Shown here: in pieces, positions 47,101-55,799 of the stretch
Layout of the letters: every line of letters begins with the position of its first letter
Numbering within the stretch: position 1 is the first letter of the stretch
NCBI GenBank assembly: GCA_963708045.1
Contig: OY970181.1
Span: 323,740 to 387,739, forward strand
Direction: 5' to 3'
DNA from: an uncultured bacterium
Lineage (GTDB): Bacteria > Patescibacteriota > Patescibacteriia > CAIQCM01
Length of the DNA: 64,000 nt
Program-made: the position numbers and the translations under genes
The notes under the pieces: model-generated
Told to the model about the DNA's origin: nothing
Databases searched by the model: none
What the model saw: only the letters and a program-made list of their open reading frames with translations

Positions 47101-47646
47101 GAAATTGACGCGGAACTTTTGCATGATATGGAAAGTATCCGCAAGATTGTTGAACTTGGTCATTCACTTAGGGACGACGCGCAAGTTAAATTGCGCCAGC
47201 CGCTTGCTGAATTTGAAATAGAAAAATTATCGCTCAAAAATAACGATGAATTGCTTCCGATTATTGCCGAAGAACTTAATGTCAAAGCTGTTCGCATTGC
47301 CGACAAAATTGAAGAGCGACAAAATTGGTTAAGCAAAACAATGTCTGGCTTTACTGCCGCCTTGCGCACCGAAATAACCACCGAGCTTAAACGCGAAGGA
47401 ATGCTTCGCGAGATTATGCGTCAGATAAATGATTTGCGCAAAGAAGCCGGGCTCACTGTTTCTGATCGCATTAAATTATATTTTGACGTTGATGATGTCA
47501 CGCTTAAGTCAGTGCTTACGACGGAAAAAGAACATTTGGCAACCGGTGCCCGCGCCGACGAAGTCGTCTTTGAGCCAACGGATGCCGCGCTTGCTCGCGA
47601 ATTGGAATTTGAAGGAGTGAAGGTTAAGATCGCGATTAAAAAGTAG
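44161..47646 (+). CDS. ileS: isoleucyl-tRNA synthetase (type 2) with an embedded histidine-phosphatase (phosphoglycerate-mutase-like) domain
   Basis: HIGH-type motif PGIHHLIARHF, KMSKSKGN, editing-domain and anticodon-binding regions. Between WKCADGHVTVVGSYDDLEE and LDPHRPYIDEIKIKCDKCG lies about 190 aa with LLLMRHGEAESN...LTEQG...IYASPFMRTKETAE...VLVVSHG (RHG phosphohistidine motif). Probable start at MAIPKF (about 44212). The ORF is continuous in one frame. Confidence 0.8.
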   Translation: MPKNGNLTSSHRYKKLYMAIPKFPELEEQILKDWDKNDIFNKTLAKPSPKGNFIFFEGPPTANGKPGIHHLIARHFKDVILRYKTMSGFHVERKAGWDTHGLPVEIEVEKKLGFKSKRDIEEYGIAAFNKQCRESVWQFKQAFTEFTHRSGYWLDLEHPYITYDPNYMETLWWIVKKINDRGFLYEANRVVPHCPRCGTTLSSHELAQGYAETEDTSVFVRFKILDERFPNTSFLVWTTTPWTLPSNVALALGEKISYSLIELAAGERLLLATDRLGVIDGEFKKISEHTGSELANISYEPLYNFISYDEKSHYTALADFVSTTDGSGIVHIAPMYGADDFALGAKLKLPEKHLISERGEFMEAVKPWAGMFVKKADPLIIEDLASSGKLYKTEKIKHEYPFCWRCKTPLIYYAKPCWYFKTTAVASEMIKANETINWVPEHIKEGRFGEWLKGVKDWALTRERYWATPLPVWKCADGHVTVVGSYDDLEEKRFTAPARLLLMRHGEAESNVLDMIASGEAGRKADLTEQGVKMAKSAAKKLSKEKVVAIYASPFMRTKETAELVAETLGLPVIFDDRLREINSGAMDGKTVKEFYIAFPEPSDRWTHAPEGGENFSETRKRMMAFVREINLKHAGETVLVVSHGDPLYILDCVFNRVPDDKLKEWRYPEFAHPTEVILPNWPINDDGELDPHRPYIDEIKIKCDKCGKEAARVKDVMDVWFDSGAMPLASWHYPFQNKERIDKGVSFPADYISEGIDQTRGWFYTMLAVSTLLGYDAPYKNVITLNMVLDKKGFKMSKSKGNIVEPQKIFSTFGSDALRFYFFSINQPGDYKKYDDKDVDAVVKKVFLILWNTMEFWKMSKDMDHESRTMDHEHIMDAWLRSRTGILVKTVTEELEKYHPTEASRAIAEFVNELSTWYVRRSRDRLRTGASTEPLKDALMTVAKLLAPFTPFVAEGLYRELGGELESVHLCDWPEYKEKEIDAELLHDMESIRKIVELGHSLRDDAQVKLRQPLAEFEIEKLSLKNNDELLPIIAEELNVKAVRIADKIEERQNWLSKTMSGFTAALRTEITTELKREGMLREIMRQINDLRKEAGLTVSDRIKLYFDVDDVTLKSVLTTEKEHLATGARADEVVFEPTDAALARELEFEGVKVKIAIKK

Positions 47647-47656
47647 TATAATCTAG

Positions 47657-47690
47657 CAAAAATAAAATGGCTCAAATGAGCCATTTTATA
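47657..47690 (+). terminator. terminator hairpin aaatggctcaaatgagccatttt after ileS
   Basis: Seen directly. Confidence 0.55.
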
Positions 47691-48161
47691 ATCGCTAAGC
47701 CCTTGACAAAACTGTGGATAAGTGTTATACTACTTCTTGTAAGGATGAACGACCGCCAATAAATTGAAAATTTAGGGAGAGAGACCCAAGGCCAATGGGA
47801 AAAAATGGCCACCTGATTCAGGCATAAGCCTAATCAAAGGACGCATTTGTTGTTGTCTCTAAAGACGAATACAAATGCGTCCTTTTTATTTTCCACGGGC
47901 GACGTGCAACGTGCCACGTGCCAACTCGCGACGACAGATGAGGAGAGGGAACGCTTGAGCAAACTCGCCTTCGGCGATCAGGCTCGGTGCGGCGTAAGGT
48001 ATGATTTGAATCGGTCTAACTGATTCGCTTCAACCCCAAGCCATTAACGGTGCTCGCTCCGGCGAAACACCTTCATTCCCTTTCTAATCCGTCTTCGTGA
48101 AACATTGAAGTGATTTTCTACCGGCGACTTAGTCGTCGGGAACAGTTTTCGGGAGGGTCAA

Positions 48162-48542
48162 ATGAATCTGAAGCAGATGCTTGATTACTGTGGTTACCAC
48201 GTGAATCCGCTTGAATGGATTGGCAAAAAATTCACCTTTGATCTGCTCGGGGTTGATGCGAGAGATAACTACGTCTTCACCGGTGAACCAATCGGGATGA
48301 ATGTACTTCCTCAGACTGTGGTTGGACTCATCACCGGGATCGCTCAAAGTGGCGGCGTTCGTTTGTTTGTCACCGTTCCCATTGTTCAGGCTTTCGGTGG
48401 CGCGGGTTCGCTCTCGCCCTACGAACTTCGGCTCAGGTATATTTTTCTTGAGCATACCGAAACTGGGCAATCAGTGGTTGTTTTCGACGAACAGCGCGGC
48501 CGGGAGTTTCTTTTGGGAGGCAGGTTGACAATTTCACCATAG
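48162..48542 (+). CDS. hypothetical protein
   Basis: 126-aa ORF in a GC-rich segment; overlapped by an antisense ORF (48129-48470) of similar length; orientation uncertain. Confidence 0.3.
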   Translation: MNLKQMLDYCGYHVNPLEWIGKKFTFDLLGVDARDNYVFTGEPIGMNVLPQTVVGLITGIAQSGGVRLFVTVPIVQAFGGAGSLSPYELRLRYIFLEHTETGQSVVVFDEQRGREFLLGGRLTISP

Positions 48543-49380
48543 ATCGCACCAGACGTCGTTGTCTAGATGCGAAAATATGAAGGAGGCAGGAGTGAGATAA
48601 AACAGCGCGGAGTGCGCACCCCAAGAAGTTAAGAGCTAGGCGTAAAAGCTGTATGCTTCAGACGGACTGGGGAAAAAATTCGGCCTGATGAGGGCTAGGG
48701 CTGCCAATCCCGACAAAAACTTGACGCCAGACCCAAGGTAAGGCACGAATCCGGGGGTGCTTACACAAAGTTTGCCATTGAAATGGCGAGCTATGTGTAA
48801 GCATATGTTTTTAGAACGTAATCTTGATTGCGTTCTGAAAACTTACTAGAATAAATAAATCCTCGCAGATATAGGATAAGAAATGAAAATATTTTTTGTC
48901 CCGTCTCCGCGAAGAAAATAGCGACGTTTGAAAATGCGAGATTTCGCATACGTTCGCTAATGCGGAACGAGTGAGAGGTGGGAAGATGATAAGCCCAGTG
49001 ACAGATCCGTTTGATGCTTTGAATTTTTTCAACGCCGAGCTTGGTCCGGATGGAGAAGGGGGGCACGACCTTGGCTTGGCCGCCGACTCCGATGGTATCC
49101 ATCGGGATACTGATTACGAGCAAGAAGTGCTGACCGCTATGCGTCGGGACGAATCGGAAATTCTTCTGAATCAGCCACGTGCTACGTTTGTCGGGCGAAA
49201 AAAAGGCTCGCCGCGGTTTACTCGCGCCGACCGAAAACTGCTTGAGTGCAGGTAAGACTCAACCCTTTACGCCCCACACCAACCAGCCGATTCGCGGCCG
49301 TTGGTGTGGGGAAAAGTTTTTAGAACGGAATTATTATTTTTTCCGGTCTGAAAACTTTTTGGACATTGTTTCCTCTGTAT

Positions 49381-49465
49381 GGCACCGCCTGCGAAAGTCA
49401 GGCAAGACACCCTGGACCACCAGGAGCAGGGTAATCGTGTGGGTTCAAATCCCAACGGTGTCACC
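49381..49465 (+). other. tRNA-like cloverleaf without a canonical anticodon loop (possible tRNA pseudogene or tRNA-like element)
   Basis: Acceptor GGCACCG/CGGTGTC, hairpin gcctgcgaaagtcaggc, arm ACCCTG...CAGGGT, T-arm-like TGGGTTCAAATCCCA, then A-CC; no 7-nt anticodon loop could be drawn. Confidence 0.3.
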
Positions 49466-49762
49466 TCGAGCTAACTTCTTAGGAAGTTAGTTTTTTGTTT
49501 GACGTTTTGTTTTGCGATTGCTAGTCTAAATCAGATTCATGCCGCACTAGATTTGCATCTAAAAGGAGAAAGCCGATGGTTGACTCAAAGGAAGATAACG
49601 AAGTTCGTGGACTTTTGGCGCAACGGCAAGCTGGTCGCGAGCGCGCGGAAACGGAAGAGCGCGAACGTGTCCAATGCCCGGTTCTTTCAAGAATACCGAA
49701 CGAACTTATTACTGAGGATGAAAATGATTAGTCCTCAGGTATCATTAATCTCCAAGCTACGC

Positions 49763-51988
49763 TTACGCCCGCGTTGCTTGGAGATTTTTAATTTTGAGGA
49801 GCAAGGAATTACTTAGCACGGTGACACTGCTTAGTGCCATGGCCGCGCCGGCAAAAGCCGGATTTAAGGTTATTCCCCAAATCGGAAACAGTGCGCCCGT
49901 TGCGACAAAAATACCAACGGTGTTAAAGGCAAAGGCCCAAAAAAGATTTTGCTTAATCGTGCGCATTGTAGCGCGGGCAAGGTTAAGAGAAACGGCGACC
50001 TTACCGATATTTCCGCCCAAAAGAACGATACCAGCTGATTCTATGGCAATGTCCGTGCCGGTTGCCATTGCAATCCCCACGTCGGCGGCAAGGAGGGCGG
50101 GGGCGTCATTAACACCATCGCCAATCATCGCGACGCGGCCTCCTGATTTTTTAAGGGCAAAGATTTTTTCGGCTTTAAGGGCGGGGAGGACGTCGGCGAT
50201 GACGTCGTCAATTCCTGCGGCGGCCGCGATATATTCCGCTGAAGCGCGATGATCGCCAGTAATCATCACGGTCTTAATTTTATTTTTGTGGAGAACGCGA
50301 ACGGTCGGCGCCGCCTCGTCTTTAATCGTGTCGGAAAAACCCAAAACGCCGATAATTTTTTCGTTTTTACTAACGGTCGCGGTTGTTTTTCCTTCGGTTT
50401 TAAGTTTATTGGCTTCGGCGGAAATTTTGTCGTCGGATAATTTGGAAACAGTTATTGTCGCGCCGCCGACCTCTGCTTGTACACCGAGCCCGCTCAAGTT
50501 CGTAAAATTTTTCGCTTCGGGAATATTCACAGATTCATTTTTGGCCGCGTTTCTTAAGGCGAGCGCGAGCGGGTGGGCAGAAAATTGCTCGGCCGCCGCC
50601 GCGAGAGCGATTATTTCATTCCGTCTTTCTTGTCCAAGAATAATAACGTCGGAGAGGATCGGGATTCCTTTGGTGATCGTGCCGGTTTTATCAAAAACAA
50701 CCGTCTTAATTTTGCTTAAATTTTGTAGTGCCTCGGCGTTTTTTATCAGAATGCCGTTTTGGGCACCGCGACCAACCGCGACAATGATCGCGGTTGGCGT
50801 GGCAAGACCAAGCGCGCACGGGCAGGCAATGACGAGTACGGCAACAAACGACGAAATAGCGTGAGCGAGGGCGGCGCTAAAACCGATAAACGATGTGCCG
50901 ACACTAAGCCAAAGGACAAAACTTAAAATAGCGATGGCGACCACCGAAGGGACGAAAATTTCCGAAACGCGATCGGCAAAATGTTGAACCGGCGCCCGCG
51001 ACATTTGCGCTTCATTAGCGATTTTAATAATGCCGGCCAAAATCGTTTCACTGCCCACTTTGGACACCTTAACCGTCAGTCCGCCCGAGCCATTAATGGT
51101 CGCGCCGATTACGTTGTCACCACTGTTTTTTTCCATCGGGATCGGTTCGCCGGTCATGGTGGATTCGTCAACAAATGAATTTCCAGAAACAACGACGCCG
51201 TCTGTTGGAATTTTTTCGCCAGCGCGAATAACCATAATGTCATTGACTTCAAGTTTATCTATCGGGATTTCTGTTTCTTTGCCGTTAGCGACAATGATGG
51301 CTGTTTTTGCTTGTAACCCAGCGAGTTTTCGCAAAGCAGCGCCGGTTTTGGCTTTGGAATTTTTTTCCATAAATTTTCCAAAAGACACAAAGCCGATAAT
51401 GACGATCGCGGCGTCAAAATATTTTTGTTCGGTAAGTCCGGCACCTGTGACGACTCCAGGGAAGAACAAAACAAACGCGCTCCAGAGAAAGGCGGCGAGC
51501 GTGCCGATACCGATAAGCGAATCCATGTTCGCGCGTCCGGTTTTTGCAAAGCGGAAAGCGCCGGCAATAAATGGGCGCCCAAGCAAAGCAAAAATAGTTG
51601 CGCTAATGACAAAAAATACAGCATCTTCTATTGGTGTCGGCATTGTTAATTTTGGCAGAAATTTTAAAAAGTCGGCGAGCAGTGAATAGACAATGTAAAT
51701 AAAGACAGTCAAAGAAACAGCCGAGGCCGAATACAAAATAAAATTATTTTCTTTTTTTTCGGCGTTATCGGGGTTTTCTTTTTCGGAAAGCGAATAGCCG
51801 AGCGATGAGAGTTGTTTGTTCATCGCCACGACGTCAGTTTTTTTGTCGTCAAAATCAATGATTGCTTTTTCGGCGGCAAAATTTACGTCCGCCGCAAGAA
51901 CGCCGGGTGTTTTTTGTAATTCTTTTTTTATAATCACGGCACAGCTCGCGCAGTGAATGCCTTTTACGGAATATTGTTTTTTGGCCAT
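49763..51988 (-). CDS. copA: copper-translocating P1B-type ATPase
   Basis: N-terminal HMA ([11 protein letters not shown]), CPC motif ([12 protein letters not shown]), [17 protein letters not shown]; 741 aa. Confidence 0.9.
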   Translation of the reverse strand: MAKKQYSVKGIHCASCAVIIKKELQKTPGVLAADVNFAAEKAIIDFDDKKTDVVAMNKQLSSLGYSLSEKENPDNAEKKENNFILYSASAVSLTVFIYIVYSLLADFLKFLPKLTMPTPIEDAVFFVISATIFALLGRPFIAGAFRFAKTGRANMDSLIGIGTLAAFLWSAFVLFFPGVVTGAGLTEQKYFDAAIVIIGFVSFGKFMEKNSKAKTGAALRKLAGLQAKTAIIVANGKETEIPIDKLEVNDIMVIRAGEKIPTDGVVVSGNSFVDESTMTGEPIPMEKNSGDNVIGATINGSGGLTVKVSKVGSETILAGIIKIANEAQMSRAPVQHFADRVSEIFVPSVVAIAILSFVLWLSVGTSFIGFSAALAHAISSFVAVLVIACPCALGLATPTAIIVAVGRGAQNGILIKNAEALQNLSKIKTVVFDKTGTITKGIPILSDVIILGQERRNEIIALAAAAEQFSAHPLALALRNAAKNESVNIPEAKNFTNLSGLGVQAEVGGATITVSKLSDDKISAEANKLKTEGKTTATVSKNEKIIGVLGFSDTIKDEAAPTVRVLHKNKIKTVMITGDHRASAEYIAAAAGIDDVIADVLPALKAEKIFALKKSGGRVAMIGDGVNDAPALLAADVGIAMATGTDIAIESAGIVLLGGNIGKVAVSLNLARATMRTIKQNLFWAFAFNTVGIFVATGALFPIWGITLNPAFAGAAMALSSVTVLSNSLLLKIKNLQATRA

Positions 51989-51999
51989 AAATTTTTATT

Positions 52000-53421
52000 C
52001 TATTTCTTATCGGTGTTCCACGCGGGAACGAGATTTTTTACGGCATTTTCGTTATTGGTTTGGGTGTCATCGCTAACAACGACAAATTGTCCGCGGTACA
52101 TTCCCATTGAACAAGAAAAGGGGATTGTTCCAATTTTAGTCGGGGTAAACGAGATAATATTATCGCCCGCCGCAAGCGTTTTATTAATGCCATAAGCCGG
52201 CATTAAAATAGAAGACGAGCAGGTGTAGGGTGAAGTTGAATTAACAATCCATTTAACCGGTTTCCCAAGCGTTATGGTAAAGCTATTTGGCGAATAGCCG
52301 TTGCTGCCTTGTGTCATTCTAATGGTTTGCTCGGTCGCGGTTTCGTTGTTGCTATAATAATTTCCGTCTTTGCTGTCGTGACTTATGGCAATGGGAACTT
52401 TTATTGAACCAAAGATGGTTCGCGCGCCATTTGTAAGGTTTGTCCATCCGACGATAATCACCGCGATCCCAGCCACAGCAAAAAATATTCGTCCGGCGCG
52501 GCCTTTAAAAATTGAACTTAACCCACCAATGCTGATAAGTCCGGGCGCCGTACCTAAGGCGAAAAGTCCCATTATTGCGGCGCCACGATACAGACTGCCG
52601 GTACTTACCGCATAAAGCTGCATTGCTTGCGTAAAGCCGCAGGGAAGAAAAAAAGTCAACGCGCCGGAAATAATCGCCGCTCGCGAATTATATTTGCGGG
52701 TGTCATTTGTTTGTCCGAAAATTTTGACGATTTTTGCGGGCAGAGAAATAGTTTTATTTTTTAGTGCTGGGAAAATTTCAATTAGTTTAAGACCGAGGAA
52801 AATCATTACCCCGCCCACAAGCGCGGTCATGAGCCCGAGCCACCCCGAAGATAATTGGACGACGTGGCCGATTGCGCCGATTGCGCCGCCAAAAATCGCG
52901 TAGCCGACAATGCGCCCCGCGTTAAAGTAAAGATGCGGACGAAATTTTTGGAACGGCGTTGCTTCGGGGTGGAGTTCGCTGTGTCGCGCGGCGAGCGAGA
53001 GAACGAGACCGCCCACGAGCGCCATACAAGTAGAAACGCCGGCGATTAGCCCGACCATAAGCGCCACGAGAAGGCCACTTGGTTTTAGATCAGTGTTAAA
53101 ATTGATTAAGCCGGTGGTTTTGGCAATAAGCCAGAGGGCGAAAAGAATAACGGCAGCAATGAGTAGATTTTTATAGTCGGATAAGTTGTGTGAAATCCAC
53201 GGCGTTGCGCTGTTCTCACCAACATCGTAGCCGAGATCGCGAATAGCGTTGTTTATTGCCTGTTGGTCAGGTGTAGTTTTTTCAAAATATATTTTTGCCA
53301 TTCCGGTTTTTCGGTCAACAGTGACATTGTTAACCCCGGGAATGTTTTTTATTTTGTCGCTAATCATTATTTCGCACGAGGCGCAGTGCATTCCGCGAAT
53401 TGGTATGGTTATGTGCTGCAT
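52000..53421 (-). CDS. HMA-domain membrane protein with C-terminal cupredoxin-like domain (putative copper-handling permease/chaperone)
   Basis: HMA (GMHCASCEIMI); about eight TM helices of the TauE/UreH-like kind; C-terminal beta domain with FSCSMGMYRGQF (Cys/Met copper-site-like). Confidence 0.55.
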   Translation of the reverse strand: MQHITIPIRGMHCASCEIMISDKIKNIPGVNNVTVDRKTGMAKIYFEKTTPDQQAINNAIRDLGYDVGENSATPWISHNLSDYKNLLIAAVILFALWLIAKTTGLINFNTDLKPSGLLVALMVGLIAGVSTCMALVGGLVLSLAARHSELHPEATPFQKFRPHLYFNAGRIVGYAIFGGAIGAIGHVVQLSSGWLGLMTALVGGVMIFLGLKLIEIFPALKNKTISLPAKIVKIFGQTNDTRKYNSRAAIISGALTFFLPCGFTQAMQLYAVSTGSLYRGAAIMGLFALGTAPGLISIGGLSSIFKGRAGRIFFAVAGIAVIIVGWTNLTNGARTIFGSIKVPIAISHDSKDGNYYSNNETATEQTIRMTQGSNGYSPNSFTITLGKPVKWIVNSTSPYTCSSSILMPAYGINKTLAAGDNIISFTPTKIGTIPFSCSMGMYRGQFVVVSDDTQTNNENAVKNLVPAWNTDKK

Positions 53422-53425
53422 AAAA

Positions 53426-53692
53426 TTATTTTTTGGAAAGTTTATAAACCTTCATTATTTCTGCCACGGCTTGTTTTTGTTTTCCGGAAGTCATTTGTTC
53501 GGTAACGTGGGTTGCTAAATGATTTTCCATTATTTCGTCCACTACACCGGAAACGGCTTTTTTGACGGCCTCGGCTTGGGTGATCACGTCAATGCAGTAC
53601 GATCCGTGCTCAACCATTTTCTGCAGGCCTCTAACCTGTCCCTCAATAATTTTTAAACGGCGAATAAGTCGCATTGGTGGTCGGTGTTGCAT
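53426..53692 (-). CDS. csoR: CsoR-family copper-sensing transcriptional repressor
   Basis: DUF156/CsoR pattern: RLKIIEGQVRGLQKMVE, YCIDVITQ (Cys), HLATHV (His); first gene of a csoR-HMA-copA operon. Confidence 0.8.
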   Translation of the reverse strand: MQHRPPMRLIRRLKIIEGQVRGLQKMVEHGSYCIDVITQAEAVKKAVSGVVDEIMENHLATHVTEQMTSGKQKQAVAEIMKVYKLSKK

Positions 53693-53703
53693 AGTTACGA
53701 ACT

Positions 53704-53720
53704 ATACCCCCGGGGGGTAT
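53704..53720. promoter_or_regulatory. candidate CsoR operator ATACCCCCGGGGGGTAT
   Basis: GC-rich TACCC...GGGTA pseudo-palindrome of the type bound by CsoR, 12 nt upstream of csoR. Confidence 0.55.
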
Positions 53721-53744
53721 TAGGTGTCAAACTGAATAGTGTTA

Positions 53745-53890
53745 ATAATTCTGTGTCTGGAAAAATCTTTGCCCCCTCCCCGATGGCCATCGGGGAGGGG
53801 GTAGGGGGAGTTCGTTCCGTCCTAACGTAATAAAACAGAACCCTCCCGGCCTTCGGCCACCCTCCCTTTTACCAAAGGGAGGGGCTAGAT
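53745..53890. repeat. inverted copy of the A-B composite hairpin repeat element
   Basis: ccccctccccgatggccatcggggaggggg...gttcgttcc...aataaaacagaaccctcc...ccctcccttttaccaaagggaggg is the reverse complement of the 17785-17950 unit. Confidence 0.7.
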
Positions 53891-53995
53891 TTAGATTTTT
53901 AAAAAATTTGTGATCGTCTCCCATGCACAGGATGTTGTAAAATACCTAAAATGGGTCGTTGATGAACGGCAACAAACGCGTTAAGATGCCATAAT

Positions 53996-54538
53996 ATGAT
54001 TTCATACCTCAAGGGCAAAATAATTAGAAAAGGCGGGAATTGGGTGATTTTGGAAAATCAGAATATCGGTTACAAAATATACCTTGGCGAAAGCGGGGCC
54101 TTTGCCGCAAAAGCCGGCGAGGTGGCCGAGTATTGGACGCACGAACAAGTGCGTGATGATGGACGCGAAATTTTCGGCTTTAACGCGCCAGAAGATTTGG
54201 AATTGTTTTGGAAAATCATCACCGTTTCTGGCGTTGGTCCAAAAACAGGGCTCACGATTGTTGGCGCGGCTAAGTCGGGTTTAGTTAAAAAATGGATTGA
54301 CGCGGGCGACGTTGCTGCACTTTCGTCGGTTCACGGTGTTGGCAAAAAAACTGCGCAAAAAATTATTTTGGAACTTAAAGGGAAATTAATTGACGCGGAT
54401 GGCGGCGGCGATGAAGCGGCTGATGCTTTGGTCGGACTTGGCTATTCGCGCGACGAAGCGCGTTCCGCGGTCGCGGGGATAGAAGGAAGTGTGGAAGACA
54501 GGGTTAAGGCTGCGCTTAAGAGGTTGGGACGAAGGTAG
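53996..54538 (+). CDS. ruvA: Holliday junction branch-migration protein RuvA
   Basis: N-terminal OB fold (ISYLKGKII...), two HhH motifs (VSGVGPKTG, VHGVGKKTAQKII), C-terminal domain. Confidence 0.8.
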   Translation: MISYLKGKIIRKGGNWVILENQNIGYKIYLGESGAFAAKAGEVAEYWTHEQVRDDGREIFGFNAPEDLELFWKIITVSGVGPKTGLTIVGAAKSGLVKKWIDAGDVAALSSVHGVGKKTAQKIILELKGKLIDADGGGDEAADALVGLGYSRDEARSAVAGIEGSVEDRVKAALKRLGRR

Positions 54539-54681
54539 TATCCGAATACCTAATATCTAATTTCTAATACCTAATCCGTTGGCGTCATCCCGAAGAGCCG
54601 AAGCGATGAGGGAACTCAAAGTCTCTTAATATGCTCCGCGGTTCCTCGCCGAGCTGAGCTCGTCGGAATGACGGCTTAAAT

Positions 54682-55659
54682 ATGTTTCGTGAAATAATTG
54701 ATCAAAAAGAATGGAACGAATTGTATTCCCAGGCCATTTCGGCTTCGGGAAAATTTTTACAATCTTGGGAATGGGGCGAATTTCAAAAATCCTGCGACCG
54801 AAAAGTTTACCGACTCTCAAACGACGGCGCAATCGCTCAGATTATTGAATTGCCGTTGCCGTTTAATAAAAAATATTGGTTTTGTCCGAAAGGCCCTCTC
54901 ATGAACCATGAACCACGTACCATGAACAATACGTTTATTGATGAATTAAAAATATGCGCAAAAAAGGCGGGAGCGGTTTTTTTGTGTATTGAGCCAGCAG
55001 ACGTTATTGCTAGTGGAGGAAGTCAATCCCATGACAGAAGTCCAAGGGCGACAAGTATCGTTGATCTTACAAAATCCGAAGACGAGCTGCTTTCCGCAAT
55101 GCACCAAAAGACACGTTATAATATTAAAGTCGCCGCCAAGCACGGCGTCGTAGTTGGTTCATGGTCTCAGCCAAAGGCTGATCCGCCTCGGGCGGACATG
55201 GTTCATGGTTCATTTGATCACGTGTGGAATTTATTTTCAGAAACGGCGGCGCGCGATGGTTTTCACTTGCACCCGCGCGAATATTATGAAAGGCAGATTA
55301 AAATGCCGAACATTGAAGTGTTTATTGCCGAGTGTGAGGGAAAAATTCTAGCTGCGGCTGTTGTTATATTTTCTAACGGCGTTGCGACATATTTGCACGG
55401 TGCGTCGGCAGGCGAAATGCGTAATGTAATGGCGCCATACGCGCTGCATTGGGAAATTATAAAAAATGCCAAAGCGCGAGGTTCTATAAAATATGATCTT
55501 TGGGGAATTTCCGACGACCCCAAGTCTGGCTGGGCGGGGATCACTCGCTTTAAGCGCGGTTGGGGCGGGGTAGATTTTAGTGCACCCGGCACCTATGACT
55601 TGCCCGTAAGTCGTTTCTGGTATAGCGTTTACACGTTAGCACGCCGGTTGCGTTTTTAA
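54682..55659 (+). CDS. FemAB-family peptidoglycan-bridge peptidyltransferase carrying in-frame repeat insertions
   Basis: FemAB fold pattern (W..GWGGVDF..., KYDLWGI); ccatgaacc-type repeat at 54901-54930 and its inverse with an inner hairpin at 55156-55214. Confidence 0.65.
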   Translation: MFREIIDQKEWNELYSQAISASGKFLQSWEWGEFQKSCDRKVYRLSNDGAIAQIIELPLPFNKKYWFCPKGPLMNHEPRTMNNTFIDELKICAKKAGAVFLCIEPADVIASGGSQSHDRSPRATSIVDLTKSEDELLSAMHQKTRYNIKVAAKHGVVVGSWSQPKADPPRADMVHGSFDHVWNLFSETAARDGFHLHPREYYERQIKMPNIEVFIAECEGKILAAAVVIFSNGVATYLHGASAGEMRNVMAPYALHWEIIKNAKARGSIKYDLWGISDDPKSGWAGITRFKRGWGGVDFSAPGTYDLPVSRFWYSVYTLARRLRF

Positions 55660-55671
55660 ATATCGTTTTTT

Positions 55672-55744
55672 GCACCCATAGTCCAATGGATAGGGCGCGG
55701 GCCTCCGAAGCCTGAAATCCAAGTTCAATTCTTGGTGGGTGCAT
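55672..55744 (+). tRNA. tRNA-Arg(CCG)
   Basis: GCACCCA...TGGGTGC acceptor, anticodon stem CGGGC/GCCTG with loop CTCCGAA (anticodon CCG), T-arm CCAAG-TTCAATT-CTTGG; followed by terminator hairpin aaaatcctcc...ggaggatttt (55748-55780). Confidence 0.8.
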
Positions 55745-55799
55745 ACAAAAAATCCTCCATTGACCGGAGGATTTTTTATAACTATTTGCCACGTGCAAA

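Noticed and set aside
44371-47684. Numerous antisense and alternative-frame ORFs within ileS
   Set aside because: ileS is a single uninterrupted 1161-codon frame with all class I motifs; the others are by-products of its length
53742-53924. 60-aa ORF (minus)
   Set aside because: Lies entirely inside the inverted A-B hairpin repeat copy
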